From a virus: 51,509 nt of DNA. The stretch is from IMG/VR virus record IMGVR_UViG_3300014025_000004, one strand, 5' to 3'. The notes under the pieces were generated by a model, which was given only the letters and a program-made list of their open reading frames with translations, did no database searches and had not been told where the DNA came from. Positions 15,721 to 24,776 of the stretch are shown piece after piece. A program made the position numbers and the translations under genes. The first letter of the stretch is position 1. Each line of letters opens with the position of its first letter.

Positions 15721-15798
15721 CAAAGGTACGCAAGGGCTTGTAAATAAGCTCTATAGTGGTTTGTGTAATGTTTGTATTTTCTTTGTGTTTTTTTTGTT
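15721..15798 (-). promoter_or_regulatory. Bipartite late-type promoter: -7 box TACCTTTG plus conserved upstream 28-mer
   Basis: Plus-strand caaaggta at 15721-15728, a 42-nt spacer, then the 28-mer tttgtattttctttgtgttttttttgtt at 15771-15798. The same architecture occurs at 28653-28730. Confidence 0.5.
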
Positions 15799-15865
15799 TT
15801 TTTACTTATCTTTTCTATTAAGAAAAGTTTAACCACATCAAAGAGTAAAAAAGTAATATATTTTA

Positions 15866-15895
15866 TTGCGCAATAAAAATAAATTCGTATCTTTG
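15866..15895 (+). promoter_or_regulatory. Promoter TTG-N19-TATCTTTG of the plus-strand moron cassette
   Basis: TTG at 15866-15868 and TATCTTTG at 15888-15895. It is followed by GCAGTGTCAAAA, similar to the early-promoter downstream sequence. Confidence 0.5.
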
Positions 15896-15939
15896 CAGTG
15901 TCAAAAAGAAAGAAGTATAACAAATAAAATTTTAAAGAA

Positions 15940-16260
15940 ATGACAGTAAAAGACAAAACATTTGGATTACAGAATTGGGTGAATGAAAATAACATCACCG
16001 CAGAGGTATTCTCTAAAGACTTGATAATTGATTTTATCAAGAAGAATTTCAATCATTACAATATTATAGACAGTATAGAAGAAGCTCAAGAGGCGTATGG
16101 TGAAGATGCAGAAGTGAGTGAATGCAAGGTTGAGAAGGGTGAATATATCTATATTACTAATGGTGATTGGCAAGATACATACAGAGTAGAATTGGTAGGG
16201 CTTAATGATGGGCAGGGGGGTGATATAGACTTCTACCTAATTAAGATAGTGGCAAAATAA
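15940..16260 (+). CDS. Hypothetical protein (106 aa), moron gene 1
   Basis: ORF on the strand opposite the surrounding structural genes. Confidence 0.55.
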   Translation: MTVKDKTFGLQNWVNENNITAEVFSKDLIIDFIKKNFNHYNIIDSIEEAQEAYGEDAEVSECKVEKGEYIYITNGDWQDTYRVELVGLNDGQGGDIDFYLIKIVAK

Positions 16261-16302
16261 CAACAAGCCCTCTTAATTGAGGGCTTACTTAAATTTACAA
16301 GC

Positions 16303-16680
16303 ATGAACACTGAAGATATTTTCACTCAAAAATACAAGGTAGCAGATGTAATAATACCAAGGTTTCTATTAGCTGAAACGCCAATACAACCCAATACAGA
16401 CCTTACCTATATCTACTCTCCTCACTATATGAGCCTAATAATGATTATTGAGGAGAATAGCGAGATTGTACGGCTCAATGACATATATAGAGCCATGCCA
16501 CAGCAACTATTCGTATATGATGAACTTGAACAATTTAGATTTGTGGTTATTCAAAATAACGTAATAAGCACAGGGGGCATATACGCCCCTATTATCTCTG
16601 TTGAACAATTCATAGAGGAGGCGTGGCAATGGTACAAGGCGTATCTTGATTGGGAACTAACACAAATGCAAGGATTATGA
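16303..16680 (+). CDS. Hypothetical protein (125 aa), moron gene 2
   Basis: ORF with an ATGA stop/start overlap onto gene 3. Confidence 0.55.
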   Translation: MNTEDIFTQKYKVADVIIPRFLLAETPIQPNTDLTYIYSPHYMSLIMIIEENSEIVRLNDIYRAMPQQLFVYDELEQFRFVVIQNNVISTGGIYAPIISVEQFIEEAWQWYKAYLDWELTQMQGL

Positions 16681-16877
16681 CAGCACAAGAAAAAGTACTC
16701 TATATCATTGAGCTATTAGAGCTATCAGATAGGCAGGTTGCGGCTGCCATAGGCAAGGCATTATCTACTACAACCCATAAGAGGTTACAATTGGGTCGCA
16801 ACAAATTCACAGATGAGGACTTGCTAAACCTCAAGAATTATTACATTGAAAAACTCAAAAAAATTAAAGAATTATAG
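16677..16877 (+). CDS. Small HTH protein (66 aa from the internal Met), moron gene 3
   Basis: MTAQEKVLYIIELLELSDRQVAAAIGKALSTTTHKRL is HTH-like. The start was chosen at the ATGA overlap. Confidence 0.5.
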   Translation: MTAQEKVLYIIELLELSDRQVAAAIGKALSTTTHKRLQLGRNKFTDEDLLNLKNYYIEKLKKIKEL

Positions 16878-16916
16878 TGATTGTATTTGTATCTACTTTT
16901 CTGAGTTTATTCCCTT

Positions 16917-17858
16917 TTATACATCTACTCCCCACAGAAACATCGGTACACTACTTGCGGTTGTGATCTTCTCCTCGTTTGAGGCTATCCAGTTTGTCAG
17001 CTTAGGGTTTAATGTAAGCTCTTTTCCTTTTAGGTCGGCCTTGAAAATTGGGGTCATGTAGCAACGGCAATTAGGGTGATTACCTACCCATACAAAGCTC
17101 TTGGGATAGACCCCTTTCATCATGTCGCAGATCTCACAGCCGTAGGGGTGTCGGCTCCGCTTGATTTCGTACCCTGCTATCATGTCCATAGACTGCCAGC
17201 GCTCTATATCAGCCTTGCGATAGGCGATATTGATTTCAGTACGTGCCAGGCGCTCGGCATTCTTGTAGGCAGAGCGATACACCCCTTGTCCGCTGTGGTA
17301 TTCCTTAGCTTTCTTTGATAGCTGTAATACTCCGTTTTTATCACGATAACGACGAAACAGACTATCAGGATTACGCAAATACTTCTTGAGTGTGGAGGCT
17401 AATTCGTTGGCTGGTGTGCCTTCTGAAATAGCTATATCCAAGGCCATTTCTATCTCTGTACGATACTGCTTAGATAGGTTCCATACACGGGCCGAGCGAA
17501 CGCCCTCCATGGGTAAATGCTTCCTTACACTGGCAGGAGTATATGTAGCTGCTTTGCCTGACTTTAGCGCTTCTCCAAAAACATCCTTGAACTTATTATG
17601 AGAGATATTGTAGTGCTTATCTACATAGAAATTCATCTTACGAGAAAAGGTATTTTGGAAGCGCTCAAAAAGGCTGTTTATCTTTTTATTGAGCACAGGA
17701 TAGAGGGCAAAGGTAAATAAATCACTCCCTTTGTTCAGTGCCTGCATGCTATAATACAGCACAGCCATTTTTAGCACCTCGTCCAATAGCTGTAAGAGCT
17801 TGGATACATCTTTCTCGGTTTGGTTTTGGTGATATTCATTCCACTGTTCTAAGTCCAT
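16917..17858 (-). CDS. Head morphogenesis protein, Mu F / SPP1 gp7 family
   Basis: 313 aa. RTEINIAYRKA...CEICDMMKGVYP...GNHPNCRCYMTP. Confidence 0.85.
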   Translation of the reverse strand: MDLEQWNEYHQNQTEKDVSKLLQLLDEVLKMAVLYYSMQALNKGSDLFTFALYPVLNKKINSLFERFQNTFSRKMNFYVDKHYNISHNKFKDVFGEALKSGKAATYTPASVRKHLPMEGVRSARVWNLSKQYRTEIEMALDIAISEGTPANELASTLKKYLRNPDSLFRRYRDKNGVLQLSKKAKEYHSGQGVYRSAYKNAERLARTEINIAYRKADIERWQSMDMIAGYEIKRSRHPYGCEICDMMKGVYPKSFVWVGNHPNCRCYMTPIFKADLKGKELTLNPKLTNWIASNEEKITTASSVPMFLWGVDV

Positions 17859-17892
17859 ATTTTTTCAGTGATTAAGGGTTCATCATTTGTCG

Positions 17893-19281
17893 TTAGTCAC
17901 TAAACACGTCTTTTCCTTTTTCTTTCTCTATTTGGGCAAGTTCTTCATCTATCTTGTCGGTAATACCTGCCAATATAATCCCCTCTTTGAGTGAGGCTAC
18001 TCCTCCTTGTACTGCACTAACAGCATCAGCTATACGTTCGGTAAGGCTGTCTATCATATAAGGGACAATCTCTATATTGACTTGTAGCCGTTTAGCCACT
18101 GGGGCATACTTAGGGATAAGACTGCCAATGGCTGATAGGAGGAAGTTAATACGGCGCTGTAAAAACTCTTCTATGGTTTCGGCATGGTTACTTACTGCCA
18201 TGTGTGTCCCCATAAACATAAACTTAAAAGCCTTCCCACTCAAGGTATTTCCGAGACCCTGCAAGGCTTCAAAGGTGATTTGAGGGGTGTTAGTAAGGGC
18301 ATAACAACGAGAGGTAAGGTTATCAAACTCTAACTTAGCCATATCTGGGGACTGTTGCCAAGTGAGGTAGGATACTTGAGCATCGTTTTCGAGTTGGATT
18401 ATCTCACTTGTCATTCCTTTATTACGTACGCCTACAACTTCACCCGAAGCAACCATTTTCGGATAGAAATTGTAGTCAAGGCAATCGGCAAAGTTGGATA
18501 GAAGTACTTCCAAGCGATTGCGAAGGGTGCGTATCTTATCACACAATGGGCGTTCCCTCTTCATATAGATAACAGGGATCTTGGAAAATCCGTGTGGGTA
18601 CTGCTCTATTTGGGTGCCATTGCTATAGATGGTTACATTTTGGTTATCCACTACCATAAGACGAGTGGATTGTATGCCTTTGCTATCAGTTTTGTTGTAC
18701 TCACGAGAGAAAGCAATCAAATCACCATACTCATCATAGTAAGGATAGAGTGTATCCCCACGGAAAGGCGACCAAATCATAGACTTAAGCCTATAGGTAG
18801 GGTTAGGATCATCCTCTTTGGCGGGTTTTACATACCAATATTCGGCTACCTCACACTCTGCAAACCACGAACGCACCAGGCGCTTGTTATCATAAGGGAG
18901 TTTGTTCTTTTGATGAATGCCGTCGAGCAGCTCCATAAGCTCCTGTTCAGCAGCTTCGGTAGCGTTGGCTGTGATTTTAGGGGGTGTGCCTACTGTAAAT
19001 GCAGTATGTATATTGACGATGTCCTGCTCTAAGGGTAAAGCCATACGATTGACATCCTCCCACTTGAATTGAGCAGGAGACTTGATAGTGCCATCTTTGT
19101 TTTCTTCTTGTTCTTTGACGAGCACCCTTCGCTTTGGGCGTAATTCCTCATCAAAAACATCGTGTTGGGTATAATCCCAATCCTTGATAAGCGATTGTGT
19201 ATCGGGGCGCTTGGCTGGGTATTTCTTGAGTTGGGTGATACGCTCGCTTTCAGGGAGGGCGTTTAGTTCTTGTAGTGTCAT
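17893..19281 (-). CDS. Portal protein
   Basis: 462 aa. Size and position immediately upstream of the MuF-like gene. Confidence 0.75.
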   Translation of the reverse strand: MTLQELNALPESERITQLKKYPAKRPDTQSLIKDWDYTQHDVFDEELRPKRRVLVKEQEENKDGTIKSPAQFKWEDVNRMALPLEQDIVNIHTAFTVGTPPKITANATEAAEQELMELLDGIHQKNKLPYDNKRLVRSWFAECEVAEYWYVKPAKEDDPNPTYRLKSMIWSPFRGDTLYPYYDEYGDLIAFSREYNKTDSKGIQSTRLMVVDNQNVTIYSNGTQIEQYPHGFSKIPVIYMKRERPLCDKIRTLRNRLEVLLSNFADCLDYNFYPKMVASGEVVGVRNKGMTSEIIQLENDAQVSYLTWQQSPDMAKLEFDNLTSRCYALTNTPQITFEALQGLGNTLSGKAFKFMFMGTHMAVSNHAETIEEFLQRRINFLLSAIGSLIPKYAPVAKRLQVNIEIVPYMIDSLTERIADAVSAVQGGVASLKEGIILAGITDKIDEELAQIEKEKGKDVFSD

Positions 19282-19319
19282 TGCTAATTAACGGTTAGTT
19301 GTTAGTCATTAGTCGTTGG

Positions 19320-19640
19320 TTATTGCCCCCAAAACCACCATATACCTCTTACCTTGAGGTAGTCGAGGTTGCTTTGGTTGGCGTAGGCTTCCCTTTCAAA
19401 GATGATATTGCGGTAAGCCTTATCCCAATTGCGATAGCGTATCAGCTTGATAAGAAAATCAAGAAAATACCAAATGGCAAAGAGAAGTATCAGGGTCTCT
19501 ACCTGCTGTCGCAAGTGGATACGTTCGTGATTGATAAGCTCTTTATCGTACTTATCACTTTCATTGCGAACGAAGATGAAAGGATATAGGGTGATTGCCC
19601 TATACCCTTTTGGCACGAGAAACCTATTTTTTCGTATCAT
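19320..19640 (-). CDS. Small membrane-associated HExxH protein (putative minimal metallopeptidase)
   Basis: 106 aa. LINHERIHLRQQ (H-E-x-x-H), a hydrophobic segment TLILLFAIWYFLDFLI and a downstream FEREAY. Confidence 0.5.
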   Translation of the reverse strand: MIRKNRFLVPKGYRAITLYPFIFVRNESDKYDKELINHERIHLRQQVETLILLFAIWYFLDFLIKLIRYRNWDKAYRNIIFEREAYANQSNLDYLKVRGIWWFWGQ

Positions 19641-19938
19641 TGGCTTTTGGTTTTTCGGTGCTTTCTCCTTTGATAAGAGCCGAGCAAGTCTCGTGTATAT
19701 GCTTAATCAAGTCAATATCCGAGGGTTGGAAATTGGTGTTTTGCATATTGAAATCGTGCTCAGTTACCGTTCCTGACAAATAGGAAGCGTAGCCCATTGG
19801 GTTTTGAATGTTTTTCTGTACAGAGAAAGCCACAGCACGAGGTGTTTGGTCTTTCTCAAATTCGTAGGAGTACATCACGATTGTTCCTTGTACTTCTTCT
19901 TGCGCATTGATACGCGTTGTTTGTTGAATGATTTGCAT
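19624..19938 (-). CDS. Hypothetical protein (104 aa)
   Basis: ORF in an operon context. Confidence 0.5.
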   Translation of the reverse strand: MQIIQQTTRINAQEEVQGTIVMYSYEFEKDQTPRAVAFSVQKNIQNPMGYASYLSGTVTEHDFNMQNTNFQPSDIDLIKHIHETCSALIKGESTEKPKANDTKK

Positions 19939-19989
19939 TTTATAAAGTTTTTGAGTTTTTGAGTTGTTGATTTTAAGTTTTGAGTTAGG

Positions 19990-22900
19990 TTACACATACT
20001 CTACATTGGTTATTATTCCGTCTGTTATATACATCTTAACATAACCAAAGGTAGTGTTTATTACATGCCACCCTGTATATCCTTTTTGTCCTTTTATATA
20101 TACGTCTCCTTTTCTAATATCAATAGCTACAGAACCGCTTGCCCCATTTTCCGACTCTAATACAAGAGCTGCATTATAACGCCCTCCTCTACTTGTTAGG
20201 TGTAAGGCTGTATGAGAAGTGTCTTCAAATCCTGATGAATATATACTGGCAACAGATCTTGTTCCTACTAATTCCTGCAATTGACCAGGGTCGTTTATAA
20301 TTACTTGTGTGGATCTATTTGTAGCACTTCCAAAAGCCTTTATGATTCCATTTGAGGCAACAGTAAGTCCATTTGCAATTAAGCTGGTATCACTTGCGCT
20401 TTCTATTTTAAAGTTCCCTATCTGACCTTTTGAAGCATACAAACTACCGTCTTGTAGCACTCTATAGGGGGCGTCATACCTACCACCAAACTCACTACCT
20501 GCCCAAAAGCGTACTTCGTTAGTAGCATTTCCTACCCCAGTGATACCCGCTTGCGTTCCTGTGGTGTTACCTACAATCATCGTACCAGTGGCTACCACGT
20601 TGCCTGCTATCTGTGTGTCGTTAAGGAAAGCAGTCTTTTGGTCAAGTTTGCCGATACGCTCATCAGTTTTAGCCTTGTTTTTATTTTCTAAATCTTCAAT
20701 TCTTTCGGCGTTTCTTCGGATAGTCTCTAAATCGGAATTGATATTAGCGATTTGGTTTTCTACATCTTCAGGAGCAGGTGACCAGTCAGTAGGCTTGTTA
20801 CCGCGTTCGAGCTTAATCCATTCTATGGTGCTATCAACAACAATATTAGACGGATAAACCCATATAGTTAATACTCTTTTATCTCCTATTCCATTTTTGA
20901 AATTAAATGTATTTTGATAAATCCCATTTCCTTTATTAAAAAGAGACGTTTGTTCTACATTTCCGAATTGGTCATATAAAGCAAAAGCTGTTTTACCAAC
21001 TCCTAATTGACCCTTGATAGTCATTGTAAGTAAATCACCTTCATTTAACACCTCTGTCAAGCGATATGTGGCTATACAATAATTACTATTGGTTGATCTC
21101 CAATTACTATTATATAATAAATTCTTACCTCCAATATTCAACTCATTTACTTTCTGCTCTGCGTGTGTTTTAGCGATTTGCAAGTTCCGTTGCGCTTCTT
21201 GAATACGTGCTTGTTGCTCGGCTGTTATAGCTAATCCAGCATTACGATTGGCTTCTGCTATGGCTTGTAATTTGAGTAAATCCGCTTGTGCTCGTGCGTA
21301 GGCTTCTGTAGCACTTTTGGCATTAGCAACCGCTTGTTCTCGGTTTTGTTTTTCTTGGTTTATTTCACTTTCTAAGTCCTCAGGAGCAGGTGACCAATCG
21401 GTGGCTTTGTTACCTCGTTCGAGTTTAATCCATTCTATGGTGCTTTCAGCTATAACATTAGAATTATAAGTCCAAATCCAAAGTGTTTTATTGTCCGAAA
21501 CACTATATTGATTTCTTGTTCTCCAAACAAATGTATTTTGATGAATATTATTACCTTTATTGTAAAGTTGAGATAACTCAAGAAAATCACCACTATTATA
21601 AGCAGCAAAAACTAACTTGCCAGCTCCTAAATGGCCTTTAATTGTCAAGGTTACAACATCTCCATCTCTTAATTCCTCCGTTAAATGGTATGTAGCTATA
21701 TTATAATTGCTATTGGTTATTCTTTGCTTACTGTTACGTAATAAATTCTTGCCGCCCACTTGTATATTATTCGTCTGCTCGTTAGAGTACTGCTTTAACC
21801 TACTCTCCAATGACTGCAAATCAGGATTAACGAGCTGCTTAAACTCTAATTTGTTGCTTTCTGAGATTTGGAGGTGTGCGTTTATCTCTATACGATCGTC
21901 GTATAGGGCTATAAACTGCTGTCCATTACCTGAAGCTATACGGTTGGTTACCATTTGCCCGCCTGTAATCTCGGTAAAGCCATTGAGTTGGGCTATTCCT
22001 CGCTCGCCGTCGTACTCTGAATTGACTGTGGCATATAGAAAGTGGTAAAATCCTGCTTCTTGCTCCATGCCTATCTTGGTTTCGGAGAGGACAAACTCGG
22101 CTGTCTCTATAGCCTTATTGGCCTTGATGTAGAGGTAATAGCTCTTTGCCTTATCATCTAATCTACCTGACACAAATTGAGAAACATACCAATACTTATA
22201 ATCAGCCGCGGAGTGACTTGGTTTGATGTCTGTGGCGCCAAGGGTGTAATGCTTGATCCAACCACTACCTGCATTGATTTGCTTGTTGTTCCTATCAAAG
22301 TATAGGGTATGAGGCACAGTGATAGGGTTGGTCTTATTGGCAACAAAAGCAAATTGTCCTGATTTGTTACCTACTAAGGCCATCATCGTTTGCACTGTGG
22401 CAGGAATGATACTTTGGGTATATTCAGGAAAGGCTTCTTCTACCTGCTTGATAGTCTCTAAGGCGTTACGCCAACTGCGTTTGGTTAGTGATTGTGTGTG
22501 TTTGTTCATCTCTCCAAAATACACCTCTTGATTTTGGAGTTTGCGTATTTCAGAGGAAAAGGATTGCCCTTGTACCTTGTTGGATAACTCTATTTGGGGG
22601 CTGTAAGGGTTATTGACATACTCTTTAAGCCCCACAATACGAATAGCCACGGAGGTACGTTGAAACTCATTGTCTGAAAAGTGGATATATCCTCCCATTT
22701 TGAGCCGTCCGCCTACATTGACCCATCGCTTTTTTGCCCATATTCCGTCCAAATCACCAGTAAAGGTAAATAGGTCTGCTCGGTTTTCATACAGATACTT
22801 ACATGCTTCCTTCATCATCTCCCAACTGGCGCCAGTTTTGGTGTCATTGTCGCAAATATAAGCAGCAGGTAAGTGCATGTTATATACAGAATATTGGTCT

Positions 22901-23979
22901 CCTATAGCAGGTTTAAATATATCATTCGGCATGGTAGTGCCGTCTTCTTCCTTGGGGACAAGCTGAAATTGTTTTTGGGTGTGGTCGTACTTTGATACTT
23001 CAAACTCACGCCCTGATAACATACCACTTTCAAAGTATATCACCATCTTTTCCCCTTTGATTTGGAGGTCGGCAAAGTTCAACGCTTCAGGTATGGAGGT
23101 ATCAGCAAAGTCGTAGAAGTGTTTGTCGTGATCCACTTCAAAAACGGCTGATATAGTCCCTTTGCGACTTGGGTATATATGGGAAAGGTCAAGGCTTTGT
23201 TCGTTGATAAAGCCGTTGTTTGGCGCATTCTTGATAGCTATAGACAGCCCTTTGTCATCTGAAACAAAGGTTACCCCTTCATATACATACTCTTGTGATT
23301 TGGGTAGTAATAATTCCTTGTTGCCGTACTTGGAGCGGTCAATATTACGTTCTCCTCCTTGTACATAGAGGCGAGTAATACGACTTTGCTCGGTAGTGCG
23401 GCTTACCCCTGTCTTAAAGCCTTTGCCTTTGCCATATTGGAGCGGCAGCGGATTGTCTTTGAAATATTCTACCTTGTGGAGGTGTATCGTTTTACCTATA
23501 ATCTCGTATTCTGTCTCAAAGGCTTTGGCGATCATGTCCAATGCTTCCAAGCAGTTGTTATGGTTATAGCTGATGAGCTTTTCATTAGCTTCAATCGTGG
23601 TTCCTACCTGCCAGCCGCTGTCTATCATATTGAGACAATCTACCAATATTTGTATATGGTAGTGAGGGGAAGCGGTGAAAGGAAACTTGAGGGTCTTATC
23701 ATTGGGGTTGCGAAACTTGTAATTCTTCAGGTTTGCCCCCTCGCTGTCCATGGTAAGGGTATATTCAAAATGTCTGCTGTTATGCTTCACCACTTTAGCA
23801 GGCTGATTAAGGGTATAACGTTCCCCCTGAAACTCACACCATGCCCCAGTAGGGATTTCAGTGTAAGTAGATAGGGCAAAGTATAGGTTCAGCGTATGCT
23901 CCCCCATAATGGAGCGGTATCGGTAGCTCTCATCGGTAGGAAGGATGTCTATATAGGTGCTGTTAAAGTGTAGTTGCAT
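19990..23979 (-). CDS. Tail tip / host-recognition protein (Tal-like N-terminus, two inserted receptor-binding-type modules, fibre-like C-terminus)
   Basis: 1329 aa. Two copies of ..IEWIKLERGNK(A/P)TDWSPAPED.. separated by a coiled coil. Gly/Thr-rich C-terminal region. Confidence 0.75.
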   Translation of the reverse strand: MQLHFNSTYIDILPTDESYRYRSIMGEHTLNLYFALSTYTEIPTGAWCEFQGERYTLNQPAKVVKHNSRHFEYTLTMDSEGANLKNYKFRNPNDKTLKFPFTASPHYHIQILVDCLNMIDSGWQVGTTIEANEKLISYNHNNCLEALDMIAKAFETEYEIIGKTIHLHKVEYFKDNPLPLQYGKGKGFKTGVSRTTEQSRITRLYVQGGERNIDRSKYGNKELLLPKSQEYVYEGVTFVSDDKGLSIAIKNAPNNGFINEQSLDLSHIYPSRKGTISAVFEVDHDKHFYDFADTSIPEALNFADLQIKGEKMVIYFESGMLSGREFEVSKYDHTQKQFQLVPKEEDGTTMPNDIFKPAIGDQYSVYNMHLPAAYICDNDTKTGASWEMMKEACKYLYENRADLFTFTGDLDGIWAKKRWVNVGGRLKMGGYIHFSDNEFQRTSVAIRIVGLKEYVNNPYSPQIELSNKVQGQSFSSEIRKLQNQEVYFGEMNKHTQSLTKRSWRNALETIKQVEEAFPEYTQSIIPATVQTMMALVGNKSGQFAFVANKTNPITVPHTLYFDRNNKQINAGSGWIKHYTLGATDIKPSHSAADYKYWYVSQFVSGRLDDKAKSYYLYIKANKAIETAEFVLSETKIGMEQEAGFYHFLYATVNSEYDGERGIAQLNGFTEITGGQMVTNRIASGNGQQFIALYDDRIEINAHLQISESNKLEFKQLVNPDLQSLESRLKQYSNEQTNNIQVGGKNLLRNSKQRITNSNYNIATYHLTEELRDGDVVTLTIKGHLGAGKLVFAAYNSGDFLELSQLYNKGNNIHQNTFVWRTRNQYSVSDNKTLWIWTYNSNVIAESTIEWIKLERGNKATDWSPAPEDLESEINQEKQNREQAVANAKSATEAYARAQADLLKLQAIAEANRNAGLAITAEQQARIQEAQRNLQIAKTHAEQKVNELNIGGKNLLYNSNWRSTNSNYCIATYRLTEVLNEGDLLTMTIKGQLGVGKTAFALYDQFGNVEQTSLFNKGNGIYQNTFNFKNGIGDKRVLTIWVYPSNIVVDSTIEWIKLERGNKPTDWSPAPEDVENQIANINSDLETIRRNAERIEDLENKNKAKTDERIGKLDQKTAFLNDTQIAGNVVATGTMIVGNTTGTQAGITGVGNATNEVRFWAGSEFGGRYDAPYRVLQDGSLYASKGQIGNFKIESASDTSLIANGLTVASNGIIKAFGSATNRSTQVIINDPGQLQELVGTRSVASIYSSGFEDTSHTALHLTSRGGRYNAALVLESENGASGSVAIDIRKGDVYIKGQKGYTGWHVINTTFGYVKMYITDGIITNVEYV
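20765..21140 (-). repeat. Intragenic module copy B (about 125 aa) in the Tal-like gene
   Basis: NIGGKNLLYNSNWRSTNSNYCIATYRLTE...IEWIKLERGNKPTDWSPAPED. Confidence 0.8.
21377..21768 (-). repeat. Intragenic module copy A (about 130 aa) in the Tal-like gene
   Basis: IQVGGKNLLRNSKQRITNSNYNIATYHLTE...IEWIKLERGNKATDWSPAPED. About half the residues are identical to copy B. Confidence 0.8.
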
Positions 23980-23984
23980 AGTTG

Positions 23985-24776
23985 TTAGATAATTGTTAGT
24001 TGTAAATCAAACTTGACCCATATAAGCGGGTCATCAATATATAGTTCGGTAATTTTGCTGTCTTTATAGATACACTTGTAGGATTTCCCTTGATAGCTTA
24101 GGGTTCGTTCGTCTGGTCTTACAAGGTCATACAGTAAGGCAAAATATCCTTTGATAAAATCAGTTATCGGCAAATACATAAAGCATTTGAGCGTTGCGGT
24201 GCGTTCCTGAAAGTATATAGGTACATCGGCAGCTATAAGACCACTCATAGTACTATTTTGAGCTGTATAAGGTGTTTTGGCATTACCTGCTGTGATAAGC
24301 TCTTGTTGTGTCCCCTCCAATAGGGTTATACCATAATGGGTTAGGTTTTTGCTATCAATATAGGCTTCTACATTATGAGCGGTGAGCGTTGGTGCTTGAT
24401 AGGTATATCCTTGTAAGGGAGTATCATCTGAAAGACGAATATCAGCTGTTACATAACCTCCAATGACTTGGGTTTTACTAAGACCAACCAATCGCAAGCG
24501 GTAGGTTTGGTTAATAAAGTCAAAGGTATAATTAGCATAGGCACGAACTGAAAGGAGCGTTACCAAATTGGGATATAGACTTTCAGGCAATAACAGCTGT
24601 AGAGTAATTTCCTTAGCAGATAGCTGCGGGGCTGAAAGATCATATTCCGAGCCGCTTTCCTCTGCCCAGTCATTTTTGTTCAAAGACTTCAAGGCTGGAT
24701 AGGATAGCAAGCTCGCTAATGAACCCTCTACCAACTTAGCATGTAAGGTCTGTATGTCTGTACCGTTGATTTTCAT
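23985..24776 (-). CDS. Distal tail protein (Dit)-like
   Basis: 263 aa, directly upstream of the Tal-like gene. N-terminus MKINGTDIQTL... is typical in style of sipho-tail proteins. Confidence 0.5.
   Translation of the reverse strand: MKINGTDIQTLHAKLVEGSLASLLSYPALKSLNKNDWAEESGSEYDLSAPQLSAKEITLQLLLPESLYPNLVTLLSVRAYANYTFDFINQTYRLRLVGLSKTQVIGGYVTADIRLSDDTPLQGYTYQAPTLTAHNVEAYIDSKNLTHYGITLLEGTQQELITAGNAKTPYTAQNSTMSGLIAADVPIYFQERTATLKCFMYLPITDFIKGYFALLYDLVRPDERTLSYQGKSYKCIYKDSKITELYIDDPLIWVKFDLQLTII

Noticed and set aside
15714-16052. 112-aa minus-strand ORF spanning the gap between the scaffold gene and the moron
   Set aside because: The translation is low-complexity and AT-rich (runs of F/I/K/L). 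It overlaps two promoters and the start of the plus-strand 106-aa gene, so it looks like an artefact of an AT-rich regulatory region.
20765-21768. Tal-gene repeat pair considered as a diversity-generating retroelement TR/VR pair
   Set aside because: No reverse transcriptase is present in the window. The copies differ at all base types and by indels rather than at adenines only. Both copies lie inside the same ORF.
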